64,000 bases of DNA from Bdellovibrionota bacterium (GCA_044345405.1 JBIJBE010000003.1:8427-72426); one strand, 5' to 3'. Counted from the first letter of the stretch, positions 44,435-54,997 are shown. Program-made: numbers and translations. The notes: a model not told the origin generated them from the sequence alone.

Positions 44435-47400
44435 ATGAAAGAGTATTTCTTCGTTCGACGACCCACAGTCGCAATCGTACTATCACTTGTGCTCGTCATC
44501 TTCGGTCTCGTGACCATCATGGGATTGCCGATCTCCCAGTACCCAAACGTGGTACCTCCGGAGATCCAGGTGAACGCCACCTACTCGGGAGCGAACGCGC
44601 TCGCCGTTGAGCAGTCGGTGACGACCCCACTTGAGCAGAAGATTAACGGCGTTGAGAACTCGATCTATATGCGGAGTATCAACGCGAACGATGGTACTAC
44701 CTCGATTCGCGTATCGTTTGAGGTCGGTACGAACCTCGACATGGCGAACGTGCTCGTGCAAAACCGAGTGAGTGAGGCTCAAGCGAGTCTCCCTGAGGAG
44801 GTAAAACGACTCGGCGTAACGGTAAAGAAGTCGCTCTCGTTTCCGCTCCTTCTTGTGACCCTCCGTTCGCCAAAGGGAACGTACGACAACACCTTCCTCA
44901 GTAATTATGCATCCATCAACGTTTTGGACGCCCTCGCTCGAATCGGCGGAGTAGGGCAGGTAAACCAATTCGGTGGAAGCGACTACGCGATGCGTGTGTG
45001 GGTGAAGCCGGATCAACTCGCGCAGCTCTCATTGACGGTCGCTGATGTATACCGAGCCATTCAGCAGCAGAACGTGATCGCGCCAGCGGGCCAGATCGGC
45101 GGTCCACCCGCGCCTCCAGGAACCGATACCACCCTAGTGGTGCGAACATCCGGCCGTCTTGAGAGTCCCGAGCAGTTCGGTGAGATCGTTATCAAGTCCG
45201 ATGACGCGACCGGTTCGCTCATCCGACTCAAGGATGTAGCTCGGATAGAGCTTGGTACGCAGTTGTATAACGCTAAGGGCCGCTTCAACGGTGAGGACGC
45301 GGCGGTGCTCGCGATCTACCAGGTGCCCGGATCAAACGCGCTCCAAGTGGCGGATACGATCCGAAAGACGATGGATGAGCTGAAGACCCGCTTCCCAGAT
45401 GATATCGAGTATATCGTTTCCCTCGATACGACGAAGGCGGTCACAGAGGGTATCGATGAGATCATTAACACGCTGCGTGACGCCATCATCTTGGTGCTTA
45501 TCGTCGTATTTATCTTCCTTCAAAGTTGGCGCGCGACCCTGATCCCTATCTTAGTAGTACCGGTATCGCTCATCGCGACCTTCTCGGTGTTTCCAGCGCT
45601 TGGCTTCTCAGTCAACGTGCTCTCGCTTCTCGGACTCGTGCTTGCTATCGGCATCGTAGTGGACGACGCCATCGTGGTGGTTGAGGCGGTGATGCACCAC
45701 ATCGAGCACGGAGCCTCTCCTCGTGAGGCGACCAACAAGGCGATGGGGGAGGTGGCGGGTCCCGTTATCGCTATTGCCCTTATTTTGTGCGCCGTGTTCG
45801 TGCCGGTCGTCTTTATGGGTGGCATCACCGGACAGTTCTATCAGCAGTTCGCTGTTACGATCGCGGTGTCGGTACTCTTCTCGGCGGTAGGGGCTCTCAC
45901 CCTTACCCCGGCGCTCTGCTCCGTTCTCTTGAAGCCCGCGAGCCCCTCAACGGGACTCCTCGGTCGATTTTTCAAGGGGTTCAATAACGTCTTCGATCGG
46001 TGCACCGGCGCCTATGTGGGAATAGCTGGCTTTATCGCGAGAAAGCTGGTGCGCGGTTTCATCATCTTCGGTGTGGTGATGGCCGGAGTGATCTTCTTCG
46101 GCAAATCCCTTCCTACTGGCTTCGTTCCAGAGGAGGATCAAGGCTACATCCTCGCGAATGTGCAGCTTCCTGATGCCTCGTCACTCGAACGAACTGGCGA
46201 GGCGAGTCGACAGGTCGAGCAGATCCTCATGGAGACCCCTGGGGTCGATAGCGTAACGACCGTCGTCGGCTTCAGTATGATCTCACAATCGTACTCAAGT
46301 AACACAGCCTTCTTCTTCGTCTGGCTTAAGCCGTGGGAGGAGCGTAAGGGGCTCGTGAATTCATCCTTCGGACTTCTCATGCGCCTCAATAAGCGCTTCC
46401 AGGCAGAGTTCACTGATGGTGTTGCCATCGCGTTCGGCCCTCCAGCGATTCCCGGACTCGGTACAGGGTCCGGTTTCAGCATGATGCTTCAAGATCGAAG
46501 TGGTAAGGGACCTGAGTATCTCGATGAGCAGGCGAAGAACTTCGCGCAGGCTGCCATGAAGCGTCCTGAGATAGGGCGTATCTCGACAGCGTTTCGCGCG
46601 TCCGTTCCTCAACTCTTCGCTCAAGTTGATCGTGATAAAGCGCTCGCCGCCGGTGTTCCTATCAGTGATGTGAATTCGACACTTGGTTCCTACCTCGGTG
46701 GAAGCTACGTAAACGACTTCAATCGGTTCGGCCGCCTCTATAAGGTCTACCTCCAAGCTGACGCCACCTACCGTGACAAGAAAGAGGATATCCGCACCTA
46801 CTTCGTTCGAAACAAGAACGGAGACATGGTATCGCTTGGAACGCTCATAAACCTCACCCCAACAAACGGGCCTGAGTACACGAACCGTTTCAATCTCTTC
46901 CGCTCCGCGGAGATGATAGGAGCGTCCGGTCCAGGATATAGCTCGGCGCAGACGATGGCCGCTCTGAAAGAGGTCGCGGCTCAGGTGCTTCCGAAGGATA
47001 TCACCTACGACTGGAACGCGATGTCGTACCAAGAGGAGAAGGCAGCCGGAAAGGGCGCAATCGTCTTCGTGCTCGGCATGGTGTTCGTGTTCCTCATCCT
47101 CGCCGCTCAGTACGAGAGTTGGTCGTTGCCGTTCAGCGTACTTCTTGGGACCCCGTTCGCGGTGTTTGGAGCGCTCCTTGGTGTATGGCTTTGCCGACAA
47201 CTGGACCCATCTTACGTTAACAACATCTTCGCGCAGATCGGCATTCTCACCCTGGTGGGACTCGCGGCGAAGAACGCGATCTTGATCGTTGAGTTCGCCC
47301 GGGCGAAGGTCGCGGGTGGCGCTCCTCTGATTGAGGGAACCTTAGAGGCCGCGAAGCTTCGGTTCCGGCCGATATTAATGACCGCGTTCGCGTTCATCCT

Positions 47401-47617
47401 CGGCGTTGTGCCCCTCGTCATCGCGTCGGGAGCCGGCGCTCAAGGGCGCAAAGTAATGGGAATGGCTGTGTTCAGCGGAATGGCGATGGCGACGGTGCTC
47501 GGGGTTCTCCTCGTGCCGATGCTCTTCGTCCTGATTGAGAAGGTAACAAATAGGAAGGGGCACGGTAGGGCACCCTCGGAATCAACCACCACGAACGCGA
47601 CAGGAACTCATGGGTAA
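44435..47617 (+). CDS. RND multidrug efflux transporter (AcrB/MexB family, 1060 aa)
   Basis: 12-TM RND architecture with conserved segments (SVNVLSLLGLVLAIGIVVDDAIVVVE, the GAGAQGRK region). Confidence 0.95.
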   Translation: MKEYFFVRRPTVAIVLSLVLVIFGLVTIMGLPISQYPNVVPPEIQVNATYSGANALAVEQSVTTPLEQKINGVENSIYMRSINANDGTTSIRVSFEVGTNLDMANVLVQNRVSEAQASLPEEVKRLGVTVKKSLSFPLLLVTLRSPKGTYDNTFLSNYASINVLDALARIGGVGQVNQFGGSDYAMRVWVKPDQLAQLSLTVADVYRAIQQQNVIAPAGQIGGPPAPPGTDTTLVVRTSGRLESPEQFGEIVIKSDDATGSLIRLKDVARIELGTQLYNAKGRFNGEDAAVLAIYQVPGSNALQVADTIRKTMDELKTRFPDDIEYIVSLDTTKAVTEGIDEIINTLRDAIILVLIVVFIFLQSWRATLIPILVVPVSLIATFSVFPALGFSVNVLSLLGLVLAIGIVVDDAIVVVEAVMHHIEHGASPREATNKAMGEVAGPVIAIALILCAVFVPVVFMGGITGQFYQQFAVTIAVSVLFSAVGALTLTPALCSVLLKPASPSTGLLGRFFKGFNNVFDRCTGAYVGIAGFIARKLVRGFIIFGVVMAGVIFFGKSLPTGFVPEEDQGYILANVQLPDASSLERTGEASRQVEQILMETPGVDSVTTVVGFSMISQSYSSNTAFFFVWLKPWEERKGLVNSSFGLLMRLNKRFQAEFTDGVAIAFGPPAIPGLGTGSGFSMMLQDRSGKGPEYLDEQAKNFAQAAMKRPEIGRISTAFRASVPQLFAQVDRDKALAAGVPISDVNSTLGSYLGGSYVNDFNRFGRLYKVYLQADATYRDKKEDIRTYFVRNKNGDMVSLGTLINLTPTNGPEYTNRFNLFRSAEMIGASGPGYSSAQTMAALKEVAAQVLPKDITYDWNAMSYQEEKAAGKGAIVFVLGMVFVFLILAAQYESWSLPFSVLLGTPFAVFGALLGVWLCRQLDPSYVNNIFAQIGILTLVGLAAKNAILIVEFARAKVAGGAPLIEGTLEAAKLRFRPILMTAFAFILGVVPLVIASGAGAQGRKVMGMAVFSGMAMATVLGVLLVPMLFVLIEKVTNRKGHGRAPSESTTTNATGTHG

Positions 47618-49013
47618 GAAAAACGCTCTTCTCTCATTCGCTTTGGTCGGAACCGCGCTTCTGTCGGGGTGTATCTTTAAACCCGACTTTGAACGTCCCG
47701 TGGTCTTAGATGACGCTCCCTTTACAGAGGCGTCCCCAACCCAGGACACCCTCGCGAACCTTCCTTGGTGGGAGGTATTCAAGGACCCCCACCTTCAAGA
47801 TCTTATCCGCCGTTCACTCATCGCTAATCGCGACCTCAAGATAGCCATGGCTCGAATCGATGAGGCGCGAGGGCTGCTCGGCATCGCTCGTCCAGACCAG
47901 TTCCCCCGACTCGATGTCGCTGGGAACGCCACCCGTGTGGATGGAAGTGACTTCGCCCTTATTCCTACCGACGCGACGAACGATTTCGGGCTCTACGCGC
48001 GACTTGGATTTGAAGTTGATGTGTGGGGAAGGTACGCGAGCGCGACTGAGTCGGCGCGGGCGCAACTTCTTTCGACCGAGTACGCGATGCGCGCGGTAAC
48101 CCTCTCGCTCGTGGCTCAGGTAGCGACAGCGTACCTCCAGTTGCAGAACGTCGATCGCCAGATCGATATATCCGAGCGCACCTTAAAGAATCGACACGAT
48201 GCCACGGTGCTTAACGAGCAGCGGTTCAAGGGTGGCTACGTCGGACTGCTCGATGTGAACCAAGCGCAGATCCAAGAGGAGGAGGCCCGCGCCGCGCTGG
48301 TGGCGCTGAAGCGAGCGATGCGACTGATCGAGAACTCGCTGTGCGTACTATTAGGAGAGGTGCCGCACCCTATCAAGCGTGGTTCCTCCATGATTGACCC
48401 GATGTCGGTTACGGCACTGCCGGCCGGTGTTCCCGCCATGTTACTTGAGCGACGACCGGATGTGCAGTCCGCTGAAGAGAGCGCTCGCGCCGCGGTGATG
48501 CGAATCGGTGTCGCTCGAGCGCAGCAGTATCCAGCGTTTAGTATCACCGGCTTCTTGGGATTGAACTCCATTGAGCACAACGATCTCTTCAAAGGGGACT
48601 CCCGCACCTGGAATATCGGCGCTGGATTACTTGGCCCGCTCGTTGACCTCGGTAAGAGTTGGTCGAGGGTCGATGTAGCTGAGGCGCAAGCGCAGCAGGC
48701 GCTTCAGTCGTATGAGCAATCGGTTCTTGTGGCTGTTCGTGATGTTGAGGACGCGCTCGTGAGTGTGCGTACCTTCAAGGATGAGAATAAGGTCCGAACC
48801 GCGCAGGTGAAAGCGGGGCGAAGCGCCTCGTTTCTCTCCCGTCGTCGATATATGGACGGTGTGACATCGTACCTTGAGGTTCTTGATACCGAGCGGTCGT
48901 TGTTTAACGCTGAGCTCGCTCAATCGAATACGCAGGAGCGATATCTCGGGTCTATGGTGCAGCTCTACAAGGCGCTCGGGGGTGGGTGGCAGGCTGAGGC
49001 TGTGGGGAAGTAG
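47610..49013 (+). CDS. Outer-membrane efflux lipoprotein (NodT/OprM family)
   Basis: Lipobox LLSGC and the two OEP repeats. The gene overlaps the RND pump stop. Confidence 0.85.
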   Translation: MGKKNALLSFALVGTALLSGCIFKPDFERPVVLDDAPFTEASPTQDTLANLPWWEVFKDPHLQDLIRRSLIANRDLKIAMARIDEARGLLGIARPDQFPRLDVAGNATRVDGSDFALIPTDATNDFGLYARLGFEVDVWGRYASATESARAQLLSTEYAMRAVTLSLVAQVATAYLQLQNVDRQIDISERTLKNRHDATVLNEQRFKGGYVGLLDVNQAQIQEEEARAALVALKRAMRLIENSLCVLLGEVPHPIKRGSSMIDPMSVTALPAGVPAMLLERRPDVQSAEESARAAVMRIGVARAQQYPAFSITGFLGLNSIEHNDLFKGDSRTWNIGAGLLGPLVDLGKSWSRVDVAEAQAQQALQSYEQSVLVAVRDVEDALVSVRTFKDENKVRTAQVKAGRSASFLSRRRYMDGVTSYLEVLDTERSLFNAELAQSNTQERYLGSMVQLYKALGGGWQAEAVGK

Positions 49014-49026
49014 GGGGCCGGTGCCC

Positions 49027-49085
49027 GGGAGGGCGACCAGGATCCCACTTCGCTACGCTACGAGGGACAAGCTGGTCGCCCTCCC
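49027..49085. repeat. Copy E of the palindromic repeat family (short form: GGGAGGGCGACCAGGATCCCACTTCGCTACGCTACGAGGGACAAGCTGGTCGCCCTCCC)
   Basis: Perfect 13-bp terminal inverted repeats. It lies 14 bp after the OMF stop codon, in terminator position. Confidence 0.85.
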
Positions 49086-49148
49086 CTGGTGCTACCCTGC
49101 GCCCCCTCACACCACCGTCCCGGTGAGCTGACCTATACTCCTCTCCCT

Positions 49149-49709
49149 ATGCCATACCTCACCACCATCCGAACTCTCGCCCTCTCGCTCGTAGCTGCGC
49201 TCATCATCGCAGCACCTAACGCCCACGCCGAGTCCGCCCACGAAATGCAGCGCTCCGCCCGCGAAGCGTTACAAGAGTTATATCGAACGACCCCCGGAGC
49301 CGCGGCGATCGGGGAGAAGGCCGCCGGTATCCTCGTGTTTCCCGAAATTATAAAAGGTGGCTTCGTTGTAGCGGCGCAGTACGGCAATGGGGTGCTCTTT
49401 AAACGGGGAGCGGTCGCTGGATATTACAACACGAGTTCGGCATCGTTTGGGTTTCAGGCTGGGATACAAAAGTTCGGGTACGCCCTCTTCTTCATGACAG
49501 AGGACGATCTACACTATTTGAATTCCTCTCAGGGATGGGAGATAGGAGCTCTGCCGAGCCTTACTATCGTTGACACCGGCATCGCCCGATCGCTTTCAAC
49601 CACAACCCTTCAAAAAGGGATGTACGCCTTCTTCTTTAGTCAGAAGGGATTGATGGGAGGCCTTTCGCTCCAGGGAACCAAGATTACCCGCATCCATCCT
49701 GATACGTAA
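49149..49709 (+). CDS. Ysc84/SYLF (DUF500) lipid-binding domain protein with a signal peptide
   Basis: SYLF/Ysc84 fold motifs (GILVFPEIIKGGFVVAAQYGNGVLF, FGFQAGIQKFGYALFFM). The six-frame ORF is open from 49089. Confidence 0.65.
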   Translation: MPYLTTIRTLALSLVAALIIAAPNAHAESAHEMQRSAREALQELYRTTPGAAAIGEKAAGILVFPEIIKGGFVVAAQYGNGVLFKRGAVAGYYNTSSASFGFQAGIQKFGYALFFMTEDDLHYLNSSQGWEIGALPSLTIVDTGIARSLSTTTLQKGMYAFFFSQKGLMGGLSLQGTKITRIHPDT

Positions 49710-49916
49710 TTGTTTTTCGTAGTGAGCGAAGCTGTCACTTTTAGCTCCGAACAGGCATGTCCGTCGAATACCTTGGTCTTTTGAGGGGCATTAGTCTTTG
49801 AGCCCCTGCTAGTATATCTTGTGTGTTGGTGAAGTAGAGGAAGGTTGTTGGTGGGTTATCCAGTGGGTCGTTGAGCGCGTTCGAGGCACGTTCAACCACC
49901 CATTGGGTGATTCACT

Positions 49917-50171
49917 ATGCAAAAAGAAACGAAACAAACACGGTGGTTCCACCTCCCTAAACCGAGGTGGAAATGGATGGCAGCATGGCTTGGGCTTCAA
50001 CCCTTCGCCGCGGCTCCATTGGTCCTGATGGTGATGAAATTGGGGCCTTTCAAGGAACCATTCATCGCTAACGGACCGGTAGTTATGCCAGCTATGTTGT
50101 TGGCTGTAGCTCCGGTTATCCTCCTCATCCACGGCTCTGGGTTGCTCGATCCAGTGCCGAAGGATAAGTGA
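49917..50171 (+). CDS. Possible small membrane protein (84 aa, two hydrophobic segments), followed by a hairpin at 50183-50224
   Basis: ORF only. Hairpin: GCCCCTGCTGT...ACAGCAGGGGC. Confidence 0.2.
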   Translation: MQKETKQTRWFHLPKPRWKWMAAWLGLQPFAAAPLVLMVMKLGPFKEPFIANGPVVMPAMLLAVAPVILLIHGSGLLDPVPKDK

Positions 50172-50297
50172 GGTGTCATGCGCCCCTGCTGTTGTCTTTC
50201 TTACGAAAGCACAGCAGGGGCCGTCGACACTTTTTAGGTTTTCTCGACGGTTGATTCTACTTCACCAACATTCTCTTTTCATTGTAGCCCGGAATAA

Positions 50298-50449
50298 GGG
50301 GAGGGCGACCGTCCCCGGTCGCCGAAAAAGCCACGTGTGTTTCAAGGTATTCGCCATTCGCAACACGGCTTGTGCCCCATAGCTTTAGCGACGGGGTACG
50401 GTCAGGATCCCCCTCCGCTAAAGCTACGGGGGACAAGCTGACCGCCCTC
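50298..50449. repeat. Copy F of the GGGAGGGCGACC palindromic repeat family (long form, with an internal hairpin CCCCATAGCTTTAGCG/CGCTAAAGCTACGGGG)
   Basis: Its left end is identical to copy A (GGGAGGGCGACCGTCCCCGGTCGCCGAAA). It lies immediately downstream of the DAHP synthase stop. Confidence 0.8.
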
Positions 50450-50472
50450 GCAGATCCCGGGACGCGCAGCGG

Positions 50473-51510
50473 TCACCCCCGCAACACCCCATCCGCCTCA
50501 CGCAACAACGCCTCCGTACTCTCCCACGAGATGCACGCATCGGTGATCGAGACGCCATAGCGAAGGTCTCCCTTCTCAAGGTCCTGGCGTCCTTCATGGA
50601 GGTTGCTCTCGAGCATCCATCCCACGACCGGAGAGTCTCCGGCTTGAATCTGCCCTAAGATATCCTTGAACACCGCTGGTTGGCGGTTGTGATCCTTGTT
50701 TGAGTTGCCGTGACTGCAATCAACTATGATGTTCGGTGTGACGCCGTGCTTCGCCATCAGGCTCGCCGCTGACGCCACGCTCTCTGCATCGTAGTTTGGA
50801 GCCTTACTTCCTCGAAGTACGATATGGCCGTACCTGTTCCCTCGAGTTTGTACCACTGAGCACTGACCGTGCTGGTTAATACCGAGAAAACGGTGAGGAT
50901 GAGCGGCTGACATGATGCCGTTTATCGCGATGAGGACGTTTCCATCCGTTCCGTTCTTGAACCCGACAGGGGAGGAGAGGCCACTCGCCATCTCACGGTG
51001 GGTCTGGCTCTCAACGGTGCGGGCTCCGATCGCGGTCCAGGTGATGAGGTCACCGATGTACTGCGGAACGATCGGATCGAGCGCCTCGGTCGCTATCGGA
51101 AGGCCCACCTCAGCGACGGACATGAGGAGTCGTCGGGCCACGAAGAGCCCCTCTTCAACGTGAAAAGAGTCATCGAGTCGTGGATCGTTAATCAGCCCCT
51201 TCCATCCGGTTGTTGTGCGGGGTTTTTCGAAGTACACGCGCATGACGACGTACATCGTGTCTTTGACCTGATCCGCGAGAACCTTGAGGCGCTTCGCGTA
51301 CTCAAGGGTCGCCTCTGGATCGTACGCCGCGCATGGTCCGACGATGACGAGCTTTCGGTTATCCTTTCGGTCGAGGATCGCCTCGACGATTCGTCGGGAT
51401 TCGGTGATCTGGTCTTCTAGGATCTCTGGTAAGGGTAGGACCGCCTTTACCGCGGCTGGCGTAGGCAAGGTATCGACTGACTCGACGTGAAGATTCTCTG
51501 TGGTAACCAT
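50473..51510 (-). CDS. 3-deoxy-7-phosphoheptulonate (DAHP) synthase, class I-alpha (AroG/F/H-like)
   Basis: Conserved motifs (VVGPCAAYDPEA, KPRTTTGWKG, the GARTVESQTHRE region). 345 aa. Confidence 0.9.
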   Translation of the reverse strand: MVTTENLHVESVDTLPTPAAVKAVLPLPEILEDQITESRRIVEAILDRKDNRKLVIVGPCAAYDPEATLEYAKRLKVLADQVKDTMYVVMRVYFEKPRTTTGWKGLINDPRLDDSFHVEEGLFVARRLLMSVAEVGLPIATEALDPIVPQYIGDLITWTAIGARTVESQTHREMASGLSSPVGFKNGTDGNVLIAINGIMSAAHPHRFLGINQHGQCSVVQTRGNRYGHIVLRGSKAPNYDAESVASAASLMAKHGVTPNIIVDCSHGNSNKDHNRQPAVFKDILGQIQAGDSPVVGWMLESNLHEGRQDLEKGDLRYGVSITDACISWESTEALLREADGVLRG

Positions 51511-51718
51511 ACAACTTGGCCTCTCTGGGGGAGGATGAAGGGAACAATAACGATGTGAAGGAATGAACGATTTTTACCCGCGGAGCGGGAAATAAAAAAA
51601 GAAGCTGACGTAGGATCGCCAAGTGCGGTTCATGCAGCCAGGCTACGGGGGCCGAGCTCGGAAGTCAACAGCAAAGATGTTAGAGGATGCAAAACCCTAA
51701 CACGTCCCTCGCTATCCC

Positions 51719-53161
51719 TTAGTTGATTGAGTTAGTAGCTCCCGACTCGCCGCCATGAACCCTCAGACCGAGCGGTTTCGTTTGGCCGTTTAAAAGTCGT
51801 TGCGCCTCGCTCTCGGTCCACTGCTTCGTTTGAGAGAAGTAGTGCGCCATGATGTTTTCAGGGGTGCTTCTATTCATCAAGATATTGCGCACCGCGAAAA
51901 CCAGGGGAGCGGATGCTTCGCTGGTCGTGTTGTTTTGAATCCGTCGTGCCATCGCGTGAGCAGCGAATACCCCCTCGGCGGTGAGAAGGTGCCCGTTTTC
52001 GTCAGGCTTTGTCAGAATGTCGTAGATATTCTCTCCCATCGCTAGCCGCATGCCAGCTTGAACGTTGCGGCTCGTGAGGCTATTTACGGTGAGATTCAGG
52101 TCATGGTTTCCGACCATCATGAGCTGAGCGCCTTTTCCTCCACCCTCCGATTTGACCAGATTCACGATCTCACGGCTCGCGAAGTGTACGAGGCGATGAA
52201 GCGTATGCGTGTCGAGACTAGCCTTGTGCTCTCCATGGCTAATGTCTACTCGCTTCGTTATGCGGAAGAGCCCATCTGAGCCTACTTGAAGCGCCCCGTT
52301 TTTTCGCAGAATACCGAGAACGATACCACCGGCGAACGCCGCTACGTTCTTCATGGACGCCGCAAGTTCGAGGGCTGTGGGATTATTGTAGATCTCAAGG
52401 TTCTTGTCGCCGCTCATGCCACTGAAAACGAAGAACGCCTTAGCGACCGCGTCGGTGGCGTGAGGACTGCGGTTTTTAGCGCCGCCGAGCGTGAGTCCGA
52501 GGTATGCTCCGTCCTTGACGTCCTTGGCGAAGCCCGGACCGCCGACGAACACGAGGTTGTCCTTGACCTCACTCCACTGTGGGTGTTGTCGGATGTATTC
52601 AAGCGGGGTAAGGGCTCGAGAACCCTCCGGAGGTCCCTCACGGAGCGATTTCTCTGAGGAAAGGGGATCCCAGTCCGGCACGATAAGCCCCTTGGCGAAG
52701 CTTATAACGACGCTCTCTTTGTGCGGCCGGATCTGTGAGAGTACGTTTGGAAACGCGTTGGAGGGAACGGCCAACATAATAATACCGCGACCATCGAGCG
52801 CTTTTGAGAGGTCGTTGGTGACCATGTCACTCGTAGGATGTGACTCTGATTTGCGGGCCCATGGAAGGACGTCGAAGCTTTCGGCAAGGCGGTGATGGAG
52901 GGCTTCTCCGTACACTCCATAGCCTACCATGGCGATCTTTGAGTGGAACTCAGCTCGCTGCCCTGGGCTAAGTTGCCCCTGGAAGTTTGTAACCGGTGTA
53001 TCAATGTCGATTGACCGGAGGGATCCTCTTGGAGAAAAGGTGGTGTTGAGGCCGGGTACCTCCGCTGCTGAGAGGTCTTGGCGTTGGCCTGGTTGTGCTG
53101 TTCGATCGTCAGACACGCGATACTCCTTGAAAATCTCGTGACTCGACCCAAAAGGTATCAA
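51719..53161 (-). CDS. Divergent, extended NAD(P)H-dependent glycerol-3-phosphate dehydrogenase (GpsA)-like protein (480 aa)
   Basis: N-terminal Rossmann segment (KIAMVGYGVYGEALHHRLAE ... IIMLAVPSNAF ... VVISFAKGL) and a C-terminal segment (ELAASMKNVAAFAGGI) resembling GpsA. It carries ~70 extra aa at each end. Confidence 0.45.
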   Translation of the reverse strand: MIPFGSSHEIFKEYRVSDDRTAQPGQRQDLSAAEVPGLNTTFSPRGSLRSIDIDTPVTNFQGQLSPGQRAEFHSKIAMVGYGVYGEALHHRLAESFDVLPWARKSESHPTSDMVTNDLSKALDGRGIIMLAVPSNAFPNVLSQIRPHKESVVISFAKGLIVPDWDPLSSEKSLREGPPEGSRALTPLEYIRQHPQWSEVKDNLVFVGGPGFAKDVKDGAYLGLTLGGAKNRSPHATDAVAKAFFVFSGMSGDKNLEIYNNPTALELAASMKNVAAFAGGIVLGILRKNGALQVGSDGLFRITKRVDISHGEHKASLDTHTLHRLVHFASREIVNLVKSEGGGKGAQLMMVGNHDLNLTVNSLTSRNVQAGMRLAMGENIYDILTKPDENGHLLTAEGVFAAHAMARRIQNNTTSEASAPLVFAVRNILMNRSTPENIMAHYFSQTKQWTESEAQRLLNGQTKPLGLRVHGGESGATNSIN

Positions 53162-53431
53162 CTAAACAGACCTTTTGCATTCGAGATGGTGTTAATATTC
53201 TGTGAGGTCGTTGTGAGGCCAGGTTTGAGAGTAAGATTAACAAAAGATTAACGATCGACCGGTCCGAGGGACTGACTTAGGTGCGGGTATTGGGTAAGAT
53301 CCCCCCAACAATAACCGTAAGTACAATAGATTCATGAGTGGTATATGATTAGCGCAGTGTGTGCAGAAACGAACTCTTCCAATCTAAAACGAACCGTTGA
53401 TTCGGTTTCCCGTTCGACTCTCCTTTCCTCC

Positions 53432-54997
53432 ATGGCGAACGCGGGTGTCTACGACATGGTGGTCGTCGGCGGTGGTATCCACGGAGCCGCAGTCGCCCGA
53501 CTCGCCGCTGGCTACGGATTTAAAACAGCTCTTCTGGAAAAGCATGATTACGCCGCCGCTACCTCAAGCCGAAGCTCCAAGATGGCGCACGGTGGCCTTC
53601 GCTACCTTGAGCTTATGGACTTCGAGCAGGTCTTTGAGGGGATTAAGGCTCGTGAAGAGATGTTTGATCATGTCGGCAACCTCGTGAAGCCGGCCGAGTT
53701 CCTCATCCCAGTTCCGAGAGGGGCGTGGTTCTTCAAGCTCAAATTGGGGATCGGACTCTTCCTCTACGACCTTATGGTTAGTAAGGGTAATCGGCGTCAT
53801 CGATGGATACCTCGCTCGAAGCTTACCTTCCCAGGATTCCACAGCGGTAGAGAGGACCTCATGGGGTGCTTCGTCTACACAGATGGCATCATGAGTGACG
53901 CTCGTCTCGTTATCGACAACGTGATCGGGGCGCGTCGGTACGGAGCCGCTTGTCTCAATTACTGTGAAGTAAAATCCATGACTCGGGACGAGTCGGGTAT
54001 CTCGGAGGTAACGGCGGTCGATACCAAGAGTGGTAAGGAGATTAAGCTGAAAGCTCGCCTGGTGGTGAATTGCACAGGGCCTTGGGCCTCAACGTTAGCG
54101 ACCACCCTCGGTGCGGAATCCCGTCCTCTTAAATTTAGCCGCGGTTCTCACATTATATTCAATAAGCCGTGGACGGGCCCAAGTCTCTTCCTTCCAATGC
54201 CAGGAAAGGCTCGGTACTACTTCGTATGGCCGCATCATGCGGGCACGATGGTAGGGACGACTGAGCGTGAGGTTTCCTCCGTTGAACTTGATCCCCTTCC
54301 TTCCAAGGATGAGATTGAGGAGATCTTTGGTCGTCTTGAGAAGGATATTCCCGACGCGGGGCTCAACCGGGAAAGCGCTTGTTACGCATTCGCTGGTATT
54401 CGAACCCTTCCGATTCGTGGAAAGGACGCTAACTCCACAGTGCTCTCCAGAAAGCATATCTGGACTCATGTTAATGGTGTTCTTACCTTGTTAGGAGGCA
54501 AATACACCACCGCTTCTTGGACCGCGCTTGAGGGTGTAAAGGAGGCCGCGCAGATTTTGGGCAAGCCGATCTCGGCGGACGCTCTCAAGAGTCGCGTCGA
54601 TCTCAAAGAACTCCCCGGCAGCGCGACCGATGTTGAGTGTGAGGAGCTTCAACGTTCGCTCGCGACTCATGGCGTGTCCATCGAATCACAAAACCGACTT
54701 ATGGGGCGGTATGGTAAGCGGCTCGGCGATAACTATCTCGAGGCGGTGGAAGCTTCTCAAGAGAAATTGATCGAGCTTGAAACGATGATCGCGCTCGATA
54801 CCGAGCAGGTCGAGAGCCTTGAGGATCTCATGCGTCGACGACTTGAGCTTGAGTATACCGAGGGGCATGGAGAGAAGTATCTCCCCATCATCGGCGAGGT
54901 ATTTAAGCGCGTCCGACCTGACATTGATTTCGAGAAAGAGAGCGCCGCCTATATCGCTCGAATGAAAGCGGTTCGATCGCTCCTTGGAAAAGCGTAG
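53432..54997 (+). CDS. glpD: FAD-dependent glycerol-3-phosphate dehydrogenase (GlpD/GlpA family). The six-frame ORF is open from 53345, but the ATG at 53432 places the FAD dinucleotide fold at the N-terminus.
   Basis: DMVVVGGGIHGAAVARLAAGYGFKTALLEK FAD-binding fold, a DAO domain and a C-terminal GlpD-type domain. Confidence 0.8.
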   Translation: MANAGVYDMVVVGGGIHGAAVARLAAGYGFKTALLEKHDYAAATSSRSSKMAHGGLRYLELMDFEQVFEGIKAREEMFDHVGNLVKPAEFLIPVPRGAWFFKLKLGIGLFLYDLMVSKGNRRHRWIPRSKLTFPGFHSGREDLMGCFVYTDGIMSDARLVIDNVIGARRYGAACLNYCEVKSMTRDESGISEVTAVDTKSGKEIKLKARLVVNCTGPWASTLATTLGAESRPLKFSRGSHIIFNKPWTGPSLFLPMPGKARYYFVWPHHAGTMVGTTEREVSSVELDPLPSKDEIEEIFGRLEKDIPDAGLNRESACYAFAGIRTLPIRGKDANSTVLSRKHIWTHVNGVLTLLGGKYTTASWTALEGVKEAAQILGKPISADALKSRVDLKELPGSATDVECEELQRSLATHGVSIESQNRLMGRYGKRLGDNYLEAVEASQEKLIELETMIALDTEQVESLEDLMRRRLELEYTEGHGEKYLPIIGEVFKRVRPDIDFEKESAAYIARMKAVRSLLGKA

